This document shows, piece by piece, positions 57,097 to 64,000 of a stretch of DNA of 64,000 nucleotides. Location of the stretch: contig CAJUBY010000001.1 of the NCBI GenBank assembly GCA_910585055.1, forward strand, positions 56,255 through 120,254, read 5' to 3'. A program made the translations under genes and the position numbers. The stretch's first letter is position 1. Each line of letters opens with the position of its first letter. Below the pieces are notes generated by a model. It ran no database searches. It was given only the letters and a program-made list of their open reading frames with translations, and was not told the origin of the DNA. The DNA is from an uncultured Christensenella sp. GTDB taxonomy: Bacteria > Bacillota > Clostridia > Christensenellales > Pumilibacteraceae.

Positions 57097-59870
57097 AAAA
57101 ACTCCGATTGTTGATAATTGCGTGTTTTATGATTTGTTTTGCCGCGCTGGCGCTTGCTTGCGGAGGTGACGAATTGCCTGCGCTTGAGAGGCCGCGCGGT
57201 TTAAAGATAGACGAAGCTACTCAGGTACTTACGTGGAACGAGGTAGATAACGCACGCGGTTATACGGTGTCGTTCGGCAGCGAGCAGCGCAGTACACGGT
57301 CCAACAGTTATGCTTTGGCAAATCTGGCGCCGGGCGAGTACAAAATACGCGTAAAAGCCAATGGCGACGACAGAAAGTATTCCGATTCTCCGTGGTCGGC
57401 ATCGAAACTTTTTACCAAAGACGTGGAATCGGGTTTGTCGTACAGGCTTATCAACAGCAAGACCGAATACGAAGTAGCCGGCGGCGGATCCGCGTCCGGT
57501 TCCGTGGTAATAGAAAACGTTTTCCGCGGTAAACCCGTAACAAGGATAGCCGATTCGGCGTTTTACAATAATTCCCGTATAACCGATATAGTAATAGGCA
57601 GTAACGTAAAAAGTATCGGTGTCCGAGCGTTTTATAACTGCACGGTCCTCAAAAGCGTCACGATCCCCGACAGCGTAACGAGTATAGGCGAGTATGCGTT
57701 TCAGAGTTGTCGCGCGCTGGAAAGTATTGATATACCCGACAGTGTAACGGAGATCAAAGACTATACTTTCTGTTACTGTATAGGGCTTACGGATATAGTG
57801 ATAGGCGGCGGCGTGTCGAAGATAGGCGCGTATGCATTCAACGGCTGCGTATCGCTGGAAAAGTTGGCAGTGCCCGACAGCGTAATATCGATCGGCGAAA
57901 ATGCTTTTACCGCATGTACCAAACTGGACGAAGCGGTAATCGGAACGGGCGTTGCGGAAATAGGCAAGTATGCTTTTTCGCAGTGCTCGGCGCTCCAAAC
58001 ACTGTTGCTCGGAGACGGACTTAAGAGTATAGGCGAAGGCGCGTTCAATAAATGTTCGGCGTTACAGCAGGTCAGTCTGCCCGACAGCGTCGAATCTTTG
58101 AGCGATTTTGTTTTTTACGACTGTACCGAACTTTACGACATAACTCTCGGTACGGGAATGCGCAGTATAGGTCAAAACGCGTTTGTTGCGACGCAGCTTT
58201 GGACGTCGTCGGGCGATATCGTGTATGCGGACGGGTGGCTTGTCGGGAGCAAGACAAAAGATCGAGCGGAGTTAACCATACCCGACGGAACGGTGGGTAT
58301 CGCGGCAAATGCGCTCAGCCAAACCAAAAGCCTTACGGCAGTAGCTTTCCCCGGCAGTGTCAAATATATAGGTAGCGGAGCGTTTGCCGGTTGTCCGTCG
58401 TTGATGACCGTTATATTGGGTGCGGGCGTAAAGACGGTGGGAGCCAATGCGTTTGCCGCTTGTCAGTATTTGGATAATGTAAAGTTTTCCGATGCGCTGA
58501 CCGAAATAGGCAATTACGCGTTTTACAACTGTCCGTATTTGGCAGCCGTAGAACTACCGGACAGTCTGCGTAGCATAGGTACGTATGCTTTTTACGGCAC
58601 AAAAATGTGGAAAGATTCCGCTACGGATGTGGTATATGCCGACGATTGGGCGGTGGGACTTAAAAACAATACCGCGCAGGTAGCGGAGATAAAAGAAGGT
58701 ACCGTCGGTATTTCCAACTATGCGTTTTATAACAGTCCGCGGTTGATGTCGGTAGTTATGCCGAAATCGCTTAAGTATTTGGGCCGCGCAGCGTTTTACG
58801 GTTGTCAAATGCTGTTCGTAGTGGACGGATTGCCGGATACTTCGGTGGAGACCGTATCAGACTATGCGTTTTACGGCTGTGTTTATTTGTTGTCGGTAGG
58901 TCTGCCGCAAAACGCGACGGCGATCGGTCGGTCGGCGTTTTACGGTTGCGGTACGCTCGGTAAGCTCACTTTTCCCGACAGTTTGAGATCGATAGGCGAT
59001 TATGCGTTTTTCGGCAGCGGAACGGAAGAGTTTGCCGCCGGGAACGGAGTGGAAACGATAGGCGATTATGCGTTTGCGAAATGCCCCAAGCTTGTTTCGG
59101 TCACGCTTACGGACAGCGTTACGGAGCTGGGCGCGCATGTTTTCGACGGAAGCGAGGCGCTTGAATCGGTATCGATCGGAGCAGGACTTACCGCGCTACC
59201 CGAATATGCGTTCCGCGGCTGTACGGCTCTTAAAAGAGTCGAACTGCCCGAAAACATAAAGTCGATAGGCAAGTATGCGTTCCGTAACTGTACGGCGCTC
59301 GAACGTTTGGGTCTGGGCGGAACGGAATATATAGGATCGTATGCTTTCGGCGGCTGCGACGCTTTAAAAGTCGTAGCTTTCCCCGACAGCGTTAAAAATA
59401 TCGATACTTATGCGTTTTATAAATGCGGTTCGCTTACGAGCGCTATAATGCGCGCAGGTATCGAGAGCGTGGGCAGACATGCATTTTACGGTTGTAAACA
59501 GCTTGTAGTATACTTCGAGCCGAACGATAAAACTATTACCGAAGGTTGGGACAGCCGTTGGAATTCGTCCTACCGTCCCATGTTTTACGGTTGTGTTATT
59601 TCCGACGACGTGTCCGATCCGTATATAAAGGCGTTTACCGTCAACAGTTCCGCAATTGTCGGAGTAGACGCTACGCGTATGCTCACACCGCCTTCGCGCT
59701 ACGGCTATACGTTTGTAGGTTGGTCGGAGACGGAAGGCAGCGACGTTGCCGGTTACGACGCCAGCGGATTGTTGAATGCGCCGGAAGGCAAAACGTTGTA
59801 TTCGGTTTGGACGGAATACATTCCCGAAGAGCCCGACGAAGAGCAAACGCCCGACGAACTCGCGGATTAG
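57093..59870 (+). CDS. BspA-type LRR surface lipoprotein (925 aa) with N-terminal FN3-like and C-terminal Flg_new-like modules
   Basis: Signal MKKLRLLIIACFMICFAALALAC. The FN3-like module reads LTWNEVDNARGYTVSFG. An LRR_5 array follows. The C-terminal module reads GYTFVGWSETEGSD...KTLYSVW. ATGA overlap with the preceding VWA gene. Confidence 0.88.
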   Translation: MKKLRLLIIACFMICFAALALACGGDELPALERPRGLKIDEATQVLTWNEVDNARGYTVSFGSEQRSTRSNSYALANLAPGEYKIRVKANGDDRKYSDSPWSASKLFTKDVESGLSYRLINSKTEYEVAGGGSASGSVVIENVFRGKPVTRIADSAFYNNSRITDIVIGSNVKSIGVRAFYNCTVLKSVTIPDSVTSIGEYAFQSCRALESIDIPDSVTEIKDYTFCYCIGLTDIVIGGGVSKIGAYAFNGCVSLEKLAVPDSVISIGENAFTACTKLDEAVIGTGVAEIGKYAFSQCSALQTLLLGDGLKSIGEGAFNKCSALQQVSLPDSVESLSDFVFYDCTELYDITLGTGMRSIGQNAFVATQLWTSSGDIVYADGWLVGSKTKDRAELTIPDGTVGIAANALSQTKSLTAVAFPGSVKYIGSGAFAGCPSLMTVILGAGVKTVGANAFAACQYLDNVKFSDALTEIGNYAFYNCPYLAAVELPDSLRSIGTYAFYGTKMWKDSATDVVYADDWAVGLKNNTAQVAEIKEGTVGISNYAFYNSPRLMSVVMPKSLKYLGRAAFYGCQMLFVVDGLPDTSVETVSDYAFYGCVYLLSVGLPQNATAIGRSAFYGCGTLGKLTFPDSLRSIGDYAFFGSGTEEFAAGNGVETIGDYAFAKCPKLVSVTLTDSVTELGAHVFDGSEALESVSIGAGLTALPEYAFRGCTALKRVELPENIKSIGKYAFRNCTALERLGLGGTEYIGSYAFGGCDALKVVAFPDSVKNIDTYAFYKCGSLTSAIMRAGIESVGRHAFYGCKQLVVYFEPNDKTITEGWDSRWNSSYRPMFYGCVISDDVSDPYIKAFTVNSSAIVGVDATRMLTPPSRYGYTFVGWSETEGSDVAGYDASGLLNAPEGKTLYSVWTEYIPEEPDEEQTPDELAD
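57537..59520 (+). repeat. BspA-type LRR array of the 925-aa protein (approximate bounds)
   Basis: Periodic LRR_5-like units. Confidence 0.65.
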
Positions 59871-59890
59871 ATTTTAAATAGCATTTGGTT

Positions 59891-59932
59891 AAACAGCCTG
59901 CGACGGGTTTAGCGTTGCAGGCTGTTTTTTTT
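59891..59932 (+). terminator. rho-independent terminator ending the MoxR/VWA/LRR operon
   Basis: AACAGCCTGC-15 nt-GCAGGCTGTT followed by T8. Confidence 0.85.
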
Positions 59933-60218
59933 GCGCCGTTGCGATCGTTTGATCGAATGTTTTCGCCGAACGCGACGGAATGGCACGCAACGCGTGCGGA
60001 AATACGGCGGACGGAGCGCGATAACGCCTGTCTATCGATAAATTTTTGTTTTTACCGTTTAAATTACTCAATTAACAAAAATTTCTATGGTTTTCAATAA
60101 AATTTTGTTGGTAATGAAAAAGTCGAAAGTGTATATTAAGTTCGAAGACATGTAAGCGCGCCGATCGATACCGATCGTGCGATGCGGACGTCCGATCTTA
60201 ATTTAACGGGAGAATGAT

Positions 60219-63035
60219 ATGGATCGAACAAAACGGAAAAACCGATTTGCGCCGTTGGTGTTATTATTGTGCGCGGCGGTTATTTTTACTTTGTTCGCCG
60301 TGGGGTGCGGCGACAAAAAAGGCGGTATCCAATCGCGCCCGAGCGTACTGTCCGTGCCGACGGTGACAGTCGACGGCGTGGGGCTTGCAAGTTGGGCGGC
60401 TGTACCGAACGCATCGGGGTACGCGTATATCGTCGACGGCGGAGAAACGACGGCTACGAACGATCGATCGGTCCTGTTGCATAACGGGCAAAGCATTCGC
60501 GTAAAAGCGGTCGGGGACGGCAAAAAATTTATAGACAGCGAGTATTGCGCATCGGTCTTATACACACTGCCGGAAGAAGAAACGACCGTGTTTTCGGGAA
60601 CGACCGAAGTCGGCGCGACGGTCACGCTGACTACCGACGCGCACGCGTATAACGTTACGGCGGATAACGGCGAATTTTCGATCGCGGTGCCCAAAACCGA
60701 AACGCCGTTGTCGATAGCATCGGAGAAATACGGATATTTTACATATCGAACGGAGATCGCGGTTTCGACGTCGTTCTATGAATTGCCGTTGGTCGGGAGC
60801 GTGACGTCGTCCGATCCCGATACCGAAATAACGGGCGACAGTTTTTCCGCATTGCGGTGTTCGTACTATAAGAGATCGGGCGGCAAGGTAAACATTCGGT
60901 TCACCGATCCTGCCAAAGACGGACAGGTGATAAAGTTAAAGTTGACTACGTTCGGCGGATATGACGGTAAATTAGCGCACGGTGCGGCGAGTAACGGTAC
61001 GCCGTTGAATTCGGGTACAAACGGACTGTCCGATATCGACGGGTATTTCTCGATAAAGATAGGCAGTTATTCGTGCCGTTTTATGTCCGACGGATCTACG
61101 ACCGGATTGGAAGCGGCGAGCGTATCCCCGTATTTATCCATGTTCACCGCGCTGGCACAAGAAACCGATTCCACAGATTTTGCGATTGCGTTTGACGGCG
61201 GTAAAACTCACTATTTCGCCAAACAGCCCACGGAAGAGAAATATATGCGTATCGGGCGTAATAATGCGACTCCCGATATAGTGGAGTTGAGCTTTGGCGG
61301 CTATGACGCGTTTGCGCTGAATTTGGAATTCGCCGATTTTGTTGTGGAAAACTCGGCAACGGCATTTATCGCCGATGCAATAACCGACGGAGGCTTTACC
61401 GCCGTCAACTCCGCGGTAAGGCGTAACGGGGACGGATCGGTATCCGCTGTTATAGGCGACGGTTCTTCGAGCGGATATTTGTGCGATCGATCTCGATCAT
61501 ACGATCTTACCGAAGGCACGCTTACGCTTAAAACAAAGGTGTATTCGTACGGCGGATCGTGGCAGTTTCACGGATTTTATATAGTCGATCGCGATACGGA
61601 TAAACATTATAATATAGGTATAACGCAGGGCAATAATATTTGGCTGTCCTGGTCGAACGAAGACAGAGACTTTAACGGATTTCCCGGTCGGGTGCCCGTT
61701 TCAGATACGTCCTGTCGCGGCACGTTCGGTTCTTACAACAACCACGGCGGCTGGCTCAACAGTAGTACCGCATATATCACGTCATTCGAATTGAAACTTG
61801 TGTTAAACGGCGAACTTGCCGATCTTTTCCTGGACGGTAAACGTATAGTCCGAGTCGACGTTCGCGAATTGTTCGACAAAAACACCACGTCGGACGGCAA
61901 ACACAGCGGTGCGGCATCGACGGTAAATTTGCCGTCGAATAACGTTTGCGTCGGCTTGTACGCGTTTAGCGATCCCGGTAGATACAGAACGCTGTTCGAC
62001 GGCTTTACGGCGGAATTTTCCGAAACGGCGGATATTGAACGCAAGACCGGCGATTCGGGTTGGAAAACGCAGATATACAACAAAGGCGTTCCGCTTTTTC
62101 GAAACTTTGTTTTGAATGGCAATATCGAAATTGCGTCCGCAGGAGAAAACGCACGCGCGATGTTCGGTTTCGGCGACGACGAATTCGGATTGTTTACGGA
62201 TACGAACGGAACGGTATCGGCGGCTTACGGTAAGGACGGCGATGTGACGGCGTCCGAAAACGAAAACGATAAATTCGATTCGGGATTCGGATTGACCGTC
62301 GGGTTCGAACTCGCGGTCACCGACAACGCGGCGGCGTTGTTTATAGACGGCGCTCTGCGGCTCGTTTACAACGGGATCGGCGAGCTTGATCCCGTCGAAT
62401 TTTATGCGCTCGGTTGTGATATGTCGTTGACGGACATGAACGTGTTGTTGCCGGGCGACGACGGTTATGATTCCATTGTCGATTTCGTATCCGAAACCGT
62501 TGCCCAGCATCCCGACGTCGGGTTCGCAAACATCGGATCTACGCGCCGAAGCAAACCGGTGATAGGAATTGCGAGCACCGGCACGGTAACGGTTACTCAA
62601 GCCGAAAACGCGGAACTTGTATATTCGATAGACGGCTGCGATTATAAACCGTATGCCGAAGGGATAGTCCTTAAAAAGGGACAGCGAATTACGGTCAAAG
62701 CGCTCGGCGACGGGAAAACTGTAAGCGCCGCGCAGGCTTCCGCCGTTTATTACGAGTTCGAAGCGGTCGAAAACGGCGGACGCGTTACCGCGACCCGGTA
62801 TAACGGAACGATCACCGTTACGACCTGTGCCGAAGCGCGCGAAGAAGTTTTTATTATAGCAGTCGCAGATAAAGCGGATATTTACTCTTGGCTCGACGGC
62901 GGCGCGCTTGCTGTCGTGCAGACGGCGGCGGACGGCAACGGCACGGTGACCGCAGAGCTTGAAACGGATGCGCAAAGCGTAGCGTGGGTATTCGTCATTA
63001 CCGAAGGCGCGGCGTATGCCGTGGAGGTGAAATAA
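60219..63035 (+). CDS. 938-aa surface lipoprotein with FN3-like modules at both ends
   Basis: Lipobox TLFAVGC. The N-terminal module reads LASWAAVPNASGYAYIVDG...IRVKAVGDGK. The C-terminal module reads LVYSIDGCDYKPY...ITVKALGDGK. A CarboxypepD_reg-like segment follows the first module. The central ~500 aa are unassigned. Confidence 0.7.
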   Translation: MDRTKRKNRFAPLVLLLCAAVIFTLFAVGCGDKKGGIQSRPSVLSVPTVTVDGVGLASWAAVPNASGYAYIVDGGETTATNDRSVLLHNGQSIRVKAVGDGKKFIDSEYCASVLYTLPEEETTVFSGTTEVGATVTLTTDAHAYNVTADNGEFSIAVPKTETPLSIASEKYGYFTYRTEIAVSTSFYELPLVGSVTSSDPDTEITGDSFSALRCSYYKRSGGKVNIRFTDPAKDGQVIKLKLTTFGGYDGKLAHGAASNGTPLNSGTNGLSDIDGYFSIKIGSYSCRFMSDGSTTGLEAASVSPYLSMFTALAQETDSTDFAIAFDGGKTHYFAKQPTEEKYMRIGRNNATPDIVELSFGGYDAFALNLEFADFVVENSATAFIADAITDGGFTAVNSAVRRNGDGSVSAVIGDGSSSGYLCDRSRSYDLTEGTLTLKTKVYSYGGSWQFHGFYIVDRDTDKHYNIGITQGNNIWLSWSNEDRDFNGFPGRVPVSDTSCRGTFGSYNNHGGWLNSSTAYITSFELKLVLNGELADLFLDGKRIVRVDVRELFDKNTTSDGKHSGAASTVNLPSNNVCVGLYAFSDPGRYRTLFDGFTAEFSETADIERKTGDSGWKTQIYNKGVPLFRNFVLNGNIEIASAGENARAMFGFGDDEFGLFTDTNGTVSAAYGKDGDVTASENENDKFDSGFGLTVGFELAVTDNAAALFIDGALRLVYNGIGELDPVEFYALGCDMSLTDMNVLLPGDDGYDSIVDFVSETVAQHPDVGFANIGSTRRSKPVIGIASTGTVTVTQAENAELVYSIDGCDYKPYAEGIVLKKGQRITVKALGDGKTVSAAQASAVYYEFEAVENGGRVTATRYNGTITVTTCAEAREEVFIIAVADKADIYSWLDGGALAVVQTAADGNGTVTAELETDAQSVAWVFVITEGAAYAVEVK

Positions 63036-64000
63036 TGAAAGCTGTAAAAATCGTCAAACAAAAAATAGTAATAATATTGACCGTGCTTGTTCTTGCCGGT
63101 GCGGCGATTACGGGGTTATCGTTTATGGATACGGATAATATCGGCATAGCGGAAGGAGAACGTGCGGCGGACGGCGGATCGCAAAAAACTCCGCTTATGG
63201 GTTGGGCGTCATGGAATGCTTACAGCAACGACATCAACGAAGAACGCATATATTCGCAGGCGCAACGGCTCGTCGATCTCGGACTTGCCGATCTCGGATA
63301 TATATATGTCAACGTGGACGACGGATGGCAGAAAGGGCGCAATACGGAGACCGGTTTGGTGAACGTACATCCGGATCGTTTCCCGTCGGGAATGAAGGAC
63401 CTTGCGGATAAGATCCACGAGCTCGGGCTCAAAGCCGGGATATACAGCGACGGCGGCGAATTTACATGCGCTTCAGGCGACGGCAAAGGCGATCCCGATA
63501 ACAGAAACGTAGGTCTTTACGGGCATGACGAAGAAGATCTAAACAGGTATTTCGTCGAATGGGGCTACGATTTTATAAAGGTCGATTGGTGCGGCGGCGC
63601 CGGTTTGGGACTCGACAGGCAAAAGCGTTACACCGAAATAAGCAAAGTAATAAAGCAAATAGAGCTTGCGACCGGCAAAGATAAGGTATTCAACGTCTGT
63701 TGCTGGGAATTCCCCGGCGAGTGGGTGACGGATATAGCCGATTCGTGGCGAACGGGCGCGGATATAACGAATACGTTTGAATCTGTGCTGTACGAGATAG
63801 ATCAAGTAAAAAATCTCGCCGAATATTGCGGTCCGGGGCACGTAAACGATCCCGATATGCTCGAAGTCGGCAACGGCATGAGCTATGATGAAGACAAATC
63901 GCATTTTACCATGTGGTGTATGCTGTCTGCGCCGCTCATGCTCGGCAACGACCTCAACAACATTTCCGACGACGCGCTTTCGGTCATATCCAACAAGGAG
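63035..64000 (+). CDS. GH27 alpha-galactosidase, 3'-truncated by the window edge
   Basis: This ORF is not in the track because it has no stop within the window. The ATG at 63035 overlaps the upstream stop (TAATG). A signal anchor is present. GH27 motifs: PLMGWASWNAY, YVNVDDGW, DFIKVDWCG, NDPDMLEVGNG. It stays open for all 322 codons to position 64000. Confidence 0.85.
   Translation, partial: MKAVKIVKQKIVIILTVLVLAGAAITGLSFMDTDNIGIAEGERAADGGSQKTPLMGWASWNAYSNDINEERIYSQAQRLVDLGLADLGYIYVNVDDGWQKGRNTETGLVNVHPDRFPSGMKDLADKIHELGLKAGIYSDGGEFTCASGDGKGDPDNRNVGLYGHDEEDLNRYFVEWGYDFIKVDWCGGAGLGLDRQKRYTEISKVIKQIELATGKDKVFNVCCWEFPGEWVTDIADSWRTGADITNTFESVLYEIDQVKNLAEYCGPGHVNDPDMLEVGNGMSYDEDKSHFTMWCMLSAPLMLGNDLNNISDDALSVISNKE

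Overview
This is a 64-kb chromosomal segment that looks Firmicutes/Clostridia-like. The guess rests on the EF-Tu, EF-G, S12 and S7 sequences, the Firmicute-type parS, and an ECF RibU gene behind an FMN riboswitch. All calls were made by eye from the sequence and the ORF track, with no searches run.

Layout:
- 1-9.1 kb holds housekeeping genes: smpB, mnmE, rsmG, lepB, a hydrolase-like ORF, an orphan parB followed by two perfect parS sites, a ferritin-like ORF and a PLD-family ORF.
- 9.1-11.6 kb is an AT-rich region with almost no genes. It contains a duplicated 81-nt palindrome-bearing element and one small basic ORF.
- 11.7-16.9 kb is the str operon (rpsL-rpsG-fusA-tuf) with unusually long spacers.
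- 17.3-28.5 kb holds a decayed GNAT pseudogene, a MATE exporter, FMN riboswitch plus ribU, a DegT-like aminotransferase, an ACT/UPF0210 pair, pepF, a lipoprotein and dnaB.
- 28.6-64 kb is a cell-surface island. It contains two ~3,280-aa lipobox-anchored BspA-type LRR proteins, a six-gene MoxR/DUF58/BatA/VWA operon ending in a third LRR lipoprotein, a 938-aa lipoprotein and a 3'-truncated GH27 alpha-galactosidase.

Most notable signals:
1. The two giant genes share a base-perfect 2.13-kb 5' module, then fall abruptly to roughly half identity.
2. That module has a strongly purine-loaded codon usage unlike the rest of the same genes.
3. A conserved promoter-proximal, terminator-like hairpin with compensatory stem changes follows near-consensus promoters in front of both giant genes and the MoxR/VWA/LRR operon. 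This suggests one attenuation-controlled surface regulon.

I saw no rRNA, tRNA, CRISPR array, transposase or integrase.
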